Below the pieces are notes generated by a model. That model had not been told where the DNA came from and did not search any database. It saw only the letters and a list, made by a program, of their open reading frames with translations. Positions 9,548 to 18,554 of a stretch of 64,000 bases of DNA are shown here, piece by piece. The position numbers and the translations under genes are program-made. The first letter of the stretch is position 1; the number at the start of each line of letters is the position of its first letter. The DNA is taken from sequence record SRR20825019_1298; one strand, given 5' to 3'.

Positions 9548-11131
9548 CTAGAACACTTCTTCCTTGGTTTTAAGGAACCGAAGGGATGGGTAATCATCCT
9601 TCGCTTTATCAAGGTGCCAATTGTTCCGCGCAAGGTAAACCGGCGCGCCCGCGTGGTCCACGGCCATGGAAGCACGGTTGTGCTCACCAAACTTCTTGAG
9701 CTCCCGCGCTTCACCCTCAACCCATTCTGCCGTCATCAGGCTGGTGGGCTCAAACTTGCACGGTATCTGATACTCAGTCCGAATACGGTCAGCCAGCACG
9801 TCAAACTGCAACGGGCCAACAACGCCAACAACCCAGTCACTACCCAGGTTCGGCTTGAATACACGTGCCGCCCCCTCTTCCGCTAGCTGCTCCAGCGCGC
9901 GGCCAAGGTGTTTGGCTTTCATCGGGTCTTCCGCCCGCACTTTCTGCAAGATCTCTGGCGCAAACGACGGCACACCGGTAAAGCGCACGATTTCACCTTC
10001 AGTAAGCGTATCGCCGATGCGCAGGTTACCGTGGTTGGGGATACCAATGATATCGCCGGCATAGGCTTCCTCGGCCACTTCCCGGTCCTGCGCGAGGAAA
10101 AGCTGTGCATTATGGATGGCGAGAGTTTTACCGCTTCTCACATGCTTGAGCTTGATCCCTTTTTTGAACTTGCCCGAAACAATGCGCACAAAAGCGATAC
10201 GGTCCCGGTGTTTCGGGTCCATATTCGCCTGAATTTTGAACACAAAGGCTGAAAATTTGTTCTCTTCCGGCTCAACAACCCGCTCAAGCGATTTGCCTGC
10301 CCGCGGGCTGGGCGCAAAATCACCCACGCCCTTCAGAAGCTCCTGCACACCAAAATTGTTGATGGCAGACCCAAAAAACACAGGGGTTAGCGTACCTTCA
10401 AGATAAGCTTCCCGGTCAAACGCCGGGCAAAGCTCGCGCACCATCTCAACGTCAGACCGCAGCTTCTCAACCGCGTAATCAGGCAAAAGCTCGTCCAGTT
10501 TCGGGTCATCCAGCCCTTCACATTTGATGCCTTCCGCCAGCAGGTCGCCCTTGCCGCGATCAAACAGGATCAACTGATCATGAATAAGGTCATAACAGCC
10601 CCGGAACTCACGACCCATGCCAATCGGCCAGCTGGCGGGGGAGACATCAAGCGCCAGAGTTTGCTCAACCTCATCCAGTAGCTCAAACGGGTCTTTCGCC
10701 TCCCGGTCCAGCTTGTTGATGAAGGTGGTGATCGGCATATCGCGGAGCCGACAAACTTCAAAAAGCTTGCGGGTTTGCGCCTCGATACCTTTGGCGCTGT
10801 CCAGCACCATCACCGCGCTATCAACGGCGGAAAGCGTGCGATACGTATCTTCAGAGAAGTCTTCGTGGCCCGGCGTATCAAGAAGGTTGAACGTGCAGCC
10901 TTCATAGTCAAACGTCATAACAGATGATGCGACAGAGATACCGCGTTCCTGCTCAACCTTCATCCAGTCAGACCGGGCACGGCGGCGCTCACCGCGTGCC
11001 TTTACCTCACCCGCAGCCTGAATGGCACCGCCGAACAGAAGCAGTTTCTCCGTCAATGTGGTTTTACCGGCATCCGGGTGCGAAATAATCGCAAAGGTAC
11101 GGCGCCGCTTGATGTGGCCGCTAAGTGTCAT
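9548..11131 (-). CDS. prfC: Peptide chain release factor 3
   Basis: RRRTFAIISHPDAGKTTLTEKLLL, DTPGHEDFSEDTYR, FKIQANMDPKHRDR. Confidence 0.98.
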   Translation of the reverse strand: MTLSGHIKRRRTFAIISHPDAGKTTLTEKLLLFGGAIQAAGEVKARGERRRARSDWMKVEQERGISVASSVMTFDYEGCTFNLLDTPGHEDFSEDTYRTLSAVDSAVMVLDSAKGIEAQTRKLFEVCRLRDMPITTFINKLDREAKDPFELLDEVEQTLALDVSPASWPIGMGREFRGCYDLIHDQLILFDRGKGDLLAEGIKCEGLDDPKLDELLPDYAVEKLRSDVEMVRELCPAFDREAYLEGTLTPVFFGSAINNFGVQELLKGVGDFAPSPRAGKSLERVVEPEENKFSAFVFKIQANMDPKHRDRIAFVRIVSGKFKKGIKLKHVRSGKTLAIHNAQLFLAQDREVAEEAYAGDIIGIPNHGNLRIGDTLTEGEIVRFTGVPSFAPEILQKVRAEDPMKAKHLGRALEQLAEEGAARVFKPNLGSDWVVGVVGPLQFDVLADRIRTEYQIPCKFEPTSLMTAEWVEGEARELKKFGEHNRASMAVDHAGAPVYLARNNWHLDKAKDDYPSLRFLKTKEEVF

Positions 11132-11471
11132 GCGTATCGTCCGATCCTGCGGCCATAAAGGGCCGCTATTGAAACTTGGCCGCACCCTAGCGTTTTTTTG
11201 CCTGAAATAAAGCTGATTTTATGGGAGGGCCTGAGATATTTATTTAGAATTTTAGTAAAATTTTAATAAAGTTCGTTACATATATGCAACGCCGCTGAAA
11301 CAAATAGGCCATACGGGCAACTCCCGCTAAGCTTATCTTGCAACCTTAAATACTTTCATGTACGCAGCGGTCCATTAACTATGTGAGTGGCAGGCACCGC
11401 TCACAGGCGCAGAATTCTGCGATTTATCATCAGGCAACTTGTATTAACTCTGTTAACCATGAGGCTGCCCC

Positions 11472-12359
11472 ATGTCTAATATCCGTGCCCTGTCATTCGA
11501 CACTTGCTTTCACAGTTTCTCCTTTGAAGGCTTCCCTATCCACCTCAAAGAATACTCCCGTGGGAAAACCGATATCCCGCTTGTGTTCATTGGTGGCGCG
11601 TTTCAGAACATCAACCAGGTTGAAAAGCTGAGCACCGCGCTCGCCAAAGAAAGCTGGGTTATTACCATTGATACACCCGGCAATGGCGACACCGGCGTGT
11701 TGCCGCACACCTATTCATTCGAGTTTATCTGCAAGGCTATCCACCATGGCCTCAAGCAGCTTGGTGTTGACGTGATCAACCTGCTCGGCTGCTCTTACGG
11801 CAGCATAATTGCCATGCGTTATGCTCAAACCTACCTTGGCGTTGAAAATCTTGTTCTCGCGTCGGCGATGGAAAAATTGCCAGATGCGCTTGTTTATGAA
11901 TTCAACCTGCTTCTCTTCCTACTGGAATGGAACCGGATGGAAGAGTTTGCAGATGGTTTCACCAACCTGATGACCAACCCAGACCTGCGTGAAAACAATA
12001 AGCTTTGCCGCATCACTGCAGACAAGCTCAAAAACGCGCTCCTGCACTCATCCACCGGCATCAAGGAACAGTTCAAGCACAACACGCTGCGCATCCTCAG
12101 GGACGGCAAGACCGACCTAAGCCTGATGCCCGACGTGAAAGCCACTGTTTTCACTGGTGCACATGATAATTTTGTGCCGGTTGAAGCTAACCAGCGTATC
12201 GCTGACAGCTTCAAGAACGGCCAGTTCATTGCCGTGCCGGACGCTGACCATATGATCCATGTGGAAAAATTCCGCACCATGATTGATATCGTGCTGGGTG
12301 CCATTGGTGTTGGTGCAGTCGCGGATACCGGGCAGAAAGACATGAAAACAGCGGCCTAA
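11472..12359 (+). CDS. Alpha/beta-fold hydrolase
   Basis: Oxyanion region FIGGAFQ, nucleophile elbow GCSYG, acid in TGAHD, His in DADHMIH. Confidence 0.85.
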   Translation: MSNIRALSFDTCFHSFSFEGFPIHLKEYSRGKTDIPLVFIGGAFQNINQVEKLSTALAKESWVITIDTPGNGDTGVLPHTYSFEFICKAIHHGLKQLGVDVINLLGCSYGSIIAMRYAQTYLGVENLVLASAMEKLPDALVYEFNLLLFLLEWNRMEEFADGFTNLMTNPDLRENNKLCRITADKLKNALLHSSTGIKEQFKHNTLRILRDGKTDLSLMPDVKATVFTGAHDNFVPVEANQRIADSFKNGQFIAVPDADHMIHVEKFRTMIDIVLGAIGVGAVADTGQKDMKTAA

Positions 12360-12389
12360 GCTGCGCGGGTGAAGTAACCACCCGCCCTA

Positions 12390-12533
12390 AATGACAGAAA
12401 GCCGGGAAGACAGTGCCAGCCGTCTTCCCGGCTTTCGCCGTTTAATACGCCTGCCCTCGTTCGGGTTTGAGGGGAAAGGGGAGGGAAAACAACCCAAACG
12501 CCAGCAGTCGTAAGTCGCTTTTCAGCGGTATGG
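12390..12533 (-). ncRNA. Candidate trans-acting sRNA with anti-Shine-Dalgarno loop
   Basis: Minus-strand TTGACA(12568-12563)-N17-TAAACA(12545-12540); stem CGUUUGGGUU/AACCCGAACG around a CU-rich loop; 14-bp terminator stem at 12397-12436. No credible ORF. Confidence 0.6.
12397..12436. terminator. Strong hairpin, probably a bidirectional terminator
   Basis: GAAAGCCGGGAAGA-N12-TCTTCCCGGCTTTC perfect inverted repeat. Confidence 0.75.
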
Positions 12534-12754
12534 TTGCGCTGTTTAAGGCGGCACCTGGGGGCTGTCAAGCTTTAATGGACTATATAGTCTAGAAAAAGAA
12601 ACCAACAAGAGCTATGGCAGAAAAATATGTTGCACCTGCCCTTCAAATAACGCGCTTGACAGTTTTCATGCAATCGAGTGCAATCAAGGTATGAAGCGCA
12701 TTTCAGCAGATGCGCCAGCTTATTACCCACAACCATATCTTCAGGAGTTTCGCG

Positions 12755-13009
12755 GTGACCTTCATCACCCTCTTGGGCCTTTTGGCCGGTAGTCTGACCA
12801 CAATCGCGTTTGTGCCGCAGGTCGTCCGCGCCTGGAAAACCAAATCCACCAAAGACGTATCGCTCAGCATGTTTGCTATTCTATGCGCGGGCATTTTCAT
12901 GTGGATTGTTTACGGTATCGCCATTGGCGACGTGCCGGTGATTATAGCCAACGTGGTCACGCTGTGCCTCGCCAGCTCGGTCATCGTTGCCAAACTTCGT
13001 TTTGGCTAA
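12755..13009 (+). CDS. SemiSWEET (PQ-loop) transporter
   Basis: GTG after AGGAG; LTTIAFVPQV..AWKTKSTKDVS...WIVYG...PVIIAN; 3 TM, about 84 aa. Confidence 0.9.
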   Translation: MTFITLLGLLAGSLTTIAFVPQVVRAWKTKSTKDVSLSMFAILCAGIFMWIVYGIAIGDVPVIIANVVTLCLASSVIVAKLRFG

Positions 13010-13022
13010 ACTCACCGCAAAA

Positions 13023-13054
13023 ATGAAAAGGGCCAGAATATCCGGCCCTTTCAT
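13023..13054. terminator. Terminator between convergent SemiSWEET and S9 peptidase genes
   Basis: GAAAAGGGCC...GGCCCTTTCAT hairpin. Confidence 0.65.
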
Positions 13055-13063
13055 CACTTCGCA

Positions 13064-15280
13064 CTATTTAAGCGTTCGCTCAAAGAAACTGAAAGCAGCC
13101 TCATAAAGATGAGCCTGCACCTGCCCCCGGATGCCATGCTTCTTGCCGGGATAGGTCATCAGTTCAAACGGCTTGTTCTTATCCTGCAGCGTCGCCATCA
13201 GCTTCACGGAATTATCAAAAAACACATTGTCATCTGCCATGCCGTGGATAAGCAGCAGCTTGCCGCTGAAATTATCCACATACGGGAACACGCTGGAGCG
13301 GTTATATACATCGCCCGGTGCATCAGGATGCCCGAGATACCGCTCCGTATAGCCCGTGTCATACAGCCGCCAATCGGTCACCGGCGCCACAGAAACACCC
13401 GCTTTGAACACGTCAGGCTCCTTGAAAAGCGCCATTAGTGTCATGTAACCGCCGTATGACCAGCCCCACATGCCAACATTGTCGCCATCAATATAATCAA
13501 GCGTTTTCAGGTAGTTGACGCCCGTGACCTGATCGTCAATTTCCACCGACCCCATGGCATTTTTGATGTGGCTTTCAAATTTCAGGCCCCGGTTCCACAT
13601 GCCACGGTTATCCAGCACCATCACCACATAGCCGTTGCGGGCCAGATATTCGTTGAAGTCCACCTTCCACTCGCGCTTGGCACGCTGGCCATGGGGGCCA
13701 CCATAAGGCGCCATGATTGCGGGGTATTTTTTCCCGTCCTCCAGCACAGCGGGGCGATAAAGCCGGTAATAAAGTGCAGAGCCGTCCGCCGCTTCAATGG
13801 TGCCAAACTCCTGTTTGACAGACCCGTCGTTATACGGCGCAAACACATGGCTATCATCAAGCTTGTTTTCCAGCACCGTGGAGATAAGCGAGCCGTCCGC
13901 CAGCGACCGGATCATGATTTGCGGGGGCTGGGTTGGGCTTGAAAATTTATCCACATAAATGCCGTCACCCACATTCACCTTATGCCAGCCGGCCTCCTGG
14001 CTGATTTTGGTGATCTCGCCACCGTCAAGCGACACTTTATAAAGATGCTGCTCGATCGGGCTGTCTTTATGGCCAGTGAAATAAACCGTACGGTTTTCCT
14101 CATCAACTCCTTCAATCTGGTACATCACCCACTCACCAGAGGTGAGCGCGCGCAGCTGTTTGCCAGACCGGTCAAACAGATAGAGGTGACGATAGCCTGT
14201 GCGCTCATGCGCCCACAAGAATGTGCCGTCCGACAGGAAGTTCAGATTGTTGTGCAGGTTGATCCACACATCAGAGGTTTCACTGAGTTTGGTTTCAGCC
14301 TCGCCGCTCATGTCTGCGAAAATCATATCCAGCCGGGTTTGCGCGCGGTTCAGGCGCTGATACACCACATGCTCGCTGTCCGCTGTCCAGTCAACACGGC
14401 CGAGGTAGATGTCTTTTTCATCACCAAGCGGCATCCAGTTACTTGTGCCGCTTTCAAGGTCAACAACACCGAGTTTCACGGTCACATTGGTGCTGCCCGC
14501 TTCCGGATAGCGCTGTTTGAGCGTTACCACGCCGCCATCCGGCTGTACTTCATAGCGGTCTTTGACAATCACATCCGTCTCATCAAACTGCTCATAGGCG
14601 ATTTTGGTCTCATCCGGCGACCACCAGTAACCGGTGTAGCGCCCAAGTTCCTCCTGCGCGATAAATTCGGCCATACCGTTCGCGACTGTGTCTGACGAGC
14701 CTGTGGTCAGCTTTTTCTCAAGCCCCGTAGCGATATCAACGGTGTAAAGCTCGCGGTCCCTGATGAAAGATACATAAGTACCTTTGGGGCTGAACTTGAT
14801 ATCGGTCTCATAAGCCGCTGTCTCGGTCAGGCGTTTCACCTCACCGCCAAGCGGCAGCACATAAACGTCACCGCCCAGCGGGAACAAAAGGGTCGTGCTG
14901 TCGTTTGACCAGAAATAGCTCACGATGCCAGACTTGCCGGTAAGGCTGCGGTTGCGCTCGCGCCGCGCTTTTTCCTCTTCGCTTAGCACCTCTTTGCTAT
15001 CGCCAAGCAAGTCGTCCGAATCGACCAGCAGCCGCGCTTCACCCGTGGTGGTATCAAATTCCCACAGGTCGAGCTGCGCCTGGTTTTCTTCCTTGCCGCG
15101 CAGGAAAGTGACCCGCTTGCCGTTCGGTGAAAGCTCAAGCTCCTGCACCGAAGGCCCGCTCAGGCTTGGGCTGCCCACCAGCCGCTCAATTGTGAGCTCA
15201 TCTGCACTAACGTGTGTGGAGAATGCCAGTGTTGCCGTTACAGCCAGAGCCGCCGCTGTGCCTAATTTATTATATTTCAT
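13064..15280 (-). CDS. Dipeptidyl-peptidase IV family (S9B) serine peptidase, exported
   Basis: Signal peptide; AQEEL (DPP IV EE motif), YGGP, GWSYGG, HGMADDNV, PGKKHGI triad. Confidence 0.95.
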   Translation of the reverse strand: MKYNKLGTAAALAVTATLAFSTHVSADELTIERLVGSPSLSGPSVQELELSPNGKRVTFLRGKEENQAQLDLWEFDTTTGEARLLVDSDDLLGDSKEVLSEEEKARRERNRSLTGKSGIVSYFWSNDSTTLLFPLGGDVYVLPLGGEVKRLTETAAYETDIKFSPKGTYVSFIRDRELYTVDIATGLEKKLTTGSSDTVANGMAEFIAQEELGRYTGYWWSPDETKIAYEQFDETDVIVKDRYEVQPDGGVVTLKQRYPEAGSTNVTVKLGVVDLESGTSNWMPLGDEKDIYLGRVDWTADSEHVVYQRLNRAQTRLDMIFADMSGEAETKLSETSDVWINLHNNLNFLSDGTFLWAHERTGYRHLYLFDRSGKQLRALTSGEWVMYQIEGVDEENRTVYFTGHKDSPIEQHLYKVSLDGGEITKISQEAGWHKVNVGDGIYVDKFSSPTQPPQIMIRSLADGSLISTVLENKLDDSHVFAPYNDGSVKQEFGTIEAADGSALYYRLYRPAVLEDGKKYPAIMAPYGGPHGQRAKREWKVDFNEYLARNGYVVMVLDNRGMWNRGLKFESHIKNAMGSVEIDDQVTGVNYLKTLDYIDGDNVGMWGWSYGGYMTLMALFKEPDVFKAGVSVAPVTDWRLYDTGYTERYLGHPDAPGDVYNRSSVFPYVDNFSGKLLLIHGMADDNVFFDNSVKLMATLQDKNKPFELMTYPGKKHGIRGQVQAHLYEAAFSFFERTLK

Positions 15281-15346
15281 GTCCCTGCCCTATATCGTGC
15301 TGCGGCTTATAAGTGCCGCAGTTGTTCGTTCAAAATTCAACTGTGG

Positions 15347-16012
15347 TTATTCCTTGGTGCCCGGCACGCAAAGCTGCCTGAAACCCGCCGATACAAATGG
15401 CACCATGCGCTCATAGGCGCCCACCATATCTTCAGATTTGGCGATGCCGTCCGAGAGCTGATCAATCCGGCCCGTGTGCGCAAATGTCAGCGTCAGCGCG
15501 CCGGAGAGAAAATGATAGCTCCAGTAAAGGTTGGCGGGGTCTGCGTCTGGTAGCGCTTTTTTAAGCGCATCCATAAATTTGCGCACAAGCGGATCAAAAT
15601 ATTTGGTCATCAACGGCCCGCCCCACTCGGGGGAGCTGTTCACCTGGGCCACCAGTTCAAAATAGTGCCGCCAGCCTTCGTCTTCCTGATATCCGTGCGC
15701 CAGAAGGGGTTTGAGGAACGCGTCGATAATTGCCTCCACGGTCGGACCTGCTTCGCCTGCTTCCAACTGGCATTTCTCTAGCGCTTCAAGCCGGGTGCCG
15801 TTCAAAACTTCCGCCCGGCGCAGCAGCACTGCATCAAAAAGCCCGCGTTTATTGCCAAAGTGATAACTGGCGAGCGCGAGATCTACCGACGCACCGTCCG
15901 CCACCATACGCATGGACACACCGTCAAAGCCATGTTTGGCAAACAGCGCTTCCGCCGCATCCAATATTCTGTCTTTGCGTTTCAGTCGCTTGCCCGTTGT
16001 GGTTTTTGCCAC
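15347..16012 (-). CDS. TetR/AcrR family transcriptional regulator
   Basis: RILDAAEALFAKHGFDGVSMR...YHFGNKRGLF N-terminal HTH. Confidence 0.95.
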   Translation of the reverse strand: MAKTTTGKRLKRKDRILDAAEALFAKHGFDGVSMRMVADGASVDLALASYHFGNKRGLFDAVLLRRAEVLNGTRLEALEKCQLEAGEAGPTVEAIIDAFLKPLLAHGYQEDEGWRHYFELVAQVNSSPEWGGPLMTKYFDPLVRKFMDALKKALPDADPANLYWSYHFLSGALTLTFAHTGRIDQLSDGIAKSEDMVGAYERMVPFVSAGFRQLCVPGTKE

Positions 16013-16082
16013 GTGTCCTCCCCTCCATTTCCTCCACTAATAGCCCAAGCTTGTCGTCCGCGTAAACGTAAACCATGCATTT

Positions 16083-16136
16083 TTCAATGATCGTTGAATT
16101 TTTTGTTTGACATTTCAACGATTGTTGAATTTTAAT
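16083..16136. promoter_or_regulatory. Two 16-bp TetR-type operators flanking the -35 of the TonB receptor promoter
   Basis: TTCAATGATCGTTGAA (16083-16098) and TTCAACGATTGTTGAA (16114-16129); TTGACA at 16107-16112 and TTTAAT at 16131-16136. Confidence 0.75.
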
Positions 16137-16181
16137 GCAGGCAAGGTCGATAAAACTACTCACAACCCTGGGGAGGGAAAC

Positions 16182-18440
16182 ATGAGACTATCAAACGCAC
16201 TGCGCGTGGCTTTACTTGGCTGCGCTTGTTCCACAGCAGTCGCTGTGTCGCTTCCGGCCATGGCTCAGGACAACACTGAAACCATGATGAGCCTTGAGGA
16301 AATCCAGGTAACGGCACGTCGCCGCACCGAAAGCCTGCAGGATGTTCCTATCGCCGTAACCGCATTTTCTGCTGATGCCCTTGCGCTTCGTGGTGCGGCG
16401 GACATCACGGAGCTTGCGCAAATGGCGCCCAGCGTGACGCTTGAGCCTTCACGCGCCACCAACTCCACCCTCACCGCCTTCATCCGCGGCGTGGGGCAGC
16501 AAGACCCCCTCGCCGGGTTTGAGCAAGGCGTGGCACTTTACCTTGATGATGTTTACATGGCGCGCCCACAGGGTGCTCTGCTGGATATCTATGATGTGGA
16601 GCGAGTGGAAATTCTGCGCGGGCCACAGGGTACACTTTATGGCCGTAACGCCCTTGGCGGTGCGATCAAATATGTCACCAAACGCCTGAGCGACGAGCCT
16701 GAGTTTGGCCTCAAGCTCTCCTACGGCAGCTACAACCAGATCGATGCTGTTGCCAAAGGGTCTGTACCAATCAGCGACAAGGTCCGCGTTGGCGCCACGG
16801 TCGCTTCCCTGAACCGGGACGGCTTTGGCGAAAACCTCACCACAGGCGCAGAGCACTATAACAAGCAGATCCTTGCGGCACGCGCCAGCATCGAGTTCCT
16901 GCCAAGCGATAGCCTGTTTATCCGCATCTCCGGTGATTATACGGATGACGACTCGAACGCTGTTTCGGGCTACCGCCCCTATGCCGGTGCCTTCAGCGGC
17001 ACACCGGTGACCGACAGTGTTTATGACACCTACGCCGGGGCCAGCGAGAATGTTTCAACAGGCGGCATCAACGGCAACAACGAAGTCACTGCAAAAGGCC
17101 TTCAGGCGGCAATTGAGTGGAACGCCAGTGATGCCATCACCCTCAAATCCATCACGGCTTACCGTGAGGATTATACGGAATCGGTAATCGACTTCGACAG
17201 CTTGGCCATTGACGATATGGACGCACCGGTTATCTATGACAACCAGCAGTTCAGCCAGGAATTGCAGCTTCTGTATACGGGCGACAAGCTCGCGGCGGTT
17301 TTCGGCTTCTATTATCTGGATTCAAAAGCCGCCAACGACTTTGACGTGGTACTCGGCCAGCTTGGTCGTATTGCCTACGGCTCCACGCTCGTGGCTTATA
17401 CCGGCGGCACTGTTGATACCAAAGCCTGGTCCTTGTTCGCTGATGTCACTTATGACTTCACGGAAGAATTCTCGCTCTCGCTTGGTGGCCGCTACACGAG
17501 CGACAAACGGTCTGCTGATATCTTCCGCGGCAACTACCTCGGCGACGGGTCGCCCTTCTTTGGCAATGATGACGCAATCTTCCTTGGCGCGTCCAGCGAT
17601 TTTGAAAATGAGCGTACGTTCAACAACTTCTCGCCGCGTATCGCGCTTGATTATAAGTTGAATGACGACACTACCATCTACGCTGGCTTCAGCCGGGGTT
17701 TCAAGGCTGGCAGCTTTGACCCGCGCGGCGCCAACTTCTCATCACCAGAGGTGGTGGACGGTTATGAGCCTGAAAAACTCGACAGCTATGAAGCTGGTGT
17801 GAAAGCCACATGGTGGGATGGGCGTGCCCGCACAAATATTGCTGTGTTTTACAGCAGCTACAAAGACATGCAGATCCCCGGCTCCCTGCCTATCGACACA
17901 GACGGTGACGGGGTAAACGACGGTTTTGTCGGCACGGTAACCAACGCAGGTAAAGCGGAGATCAAAGGCGTCGAGTTTGAAGGCCAGTTCCTGCTAACCG
18001 AAGCCCTGACGCTGCAAACCACCTTCAACGTGCTGGATGCGGAGATCACCGAATGGCTGTTGAACGGTGTGAACGTGGCAGACGACCGCGCGGTGCAGAA
18101 CACGCCTGAGTTCATGTCATATGTTGGCTTGACCTATATGACAGAGATGGCTGGCGGCACCTTGAGCCTGAACGGTAACTGGTCCCACAAAGGGTCCATC
18201 GTCCAGTTTGAAGTCGCGGTGCCCGAGATTGATCAGGACGCCTACAGCCTCTTTAACGCCAGCATTGTCTGGACCGCTGAAGACGGACGCTGGTCCCTTG
18301 GTCTGCACGGTAAAAACCTTGGTAATAAAGAGTATAAAACTGCGGGTTATAACTTCCCGACCCTCGGTCTTGAGAACAACATCACCACATTCTATGGTCC
18401 ACCACGTACGGTGACCGCAACACTCGGCGTTAAGTTTTAA
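16182..18440 (+). CDS. TonB-dependent receptor
   Basis: Signal peptide, TonB box LEEIQVTARRR, plug motif RVEILRGPQGTLYGRN, C-terminal Phe. ATG 16182 after GGGGAGGG. Confidence 0.95.
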   Translation: MRLSNALRVALLGCACSTAVAVSLPAMAQDNTETMMSLEEIQVTARRRTESLQDVPIAVTAFSADALALRGAADITELAQMAPSVTLEPSRATNSTLTAFIRGVGQQDPLAGFEQGVALYLDDVYMARPQGALLDIYDVERVEILRGPQGTLYGRNALGGAIKYVTKRLSDEPEFGLKLSYGSYNQIDAVAKGSVPISDKVRVGATVASLNRDGFGENLTTGAEHYNKQILAARASIEFLPSDSLFIRISGDYTDDDSNAVSGYRPYAGAFSGTPVTDSVYDTYAGASENVSTGGINGNNEVTAKGLQAAIEWNASDAITLKSITAYREDYTESVIDFDSLAIDDMDAPVIYDNQQFSQELQLLYTGDKLAAVFGFYYLDSKAANDFDVVLGQLGRIAYGSTLVAYTGGTVDTKAWSLFADVTYDFTEEFSLSLGGRYTSDKRSADIFRGNYLGDGSPFFGNDDAIFLGASSDFENERTFNNFSPRIALDYKLNDDTTIYAGFSRGFKAGSFDPRGANFSSPEVVDGYEPEKLDSYEAGVKATWWDGRARTNIAVFYSSYKDMQIPGSLPIDTDGDGVNDGFVGTVTNAGKAEIKGVEFEGQFLLTEALTLQTTFNVLDAEITEWLLNGVNVADDRAVQNTPEFMSYVGLTYMTEMAGGTLSLNGNWSHKGSIVQFEVAVPEIDQDAYSLFNASIVWTAEDGRWSLGLHGKNLGNKEYKTAGYNFPTLGLENNITTFYGPPRTVTATLGVKF

Positions 18441-18450
18441 CCCCAGGTAA

Positions 18451-18486
18451 ACGGGGCCGGAGTGAAAGGTCACCTCCGGCCCCGTT
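18451..18486 (+). terminator. Hairpin after the TonB receptor (terminator or mRNA stabiliser within the operon)
   Basis: ACGGGGCCGGAG...CTCCGGCCCCGT with only a short U tail. Confidence 0.55.
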
Positions 18487-18554
18487 CTGCCAACAGTTTA
18501 TATGCCGCTGCGCCGATGCAGCACCTTTGCAATTGTTAGAAGTGAGAAAGTCAA

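Noticed and set aside
12356-12568. 70-aa minus-strand ORF
   Set aside because: Its TTG start is the -35 hexamer, it has no RBS and it runs through a terminator. The region is better explained as an sRNA.
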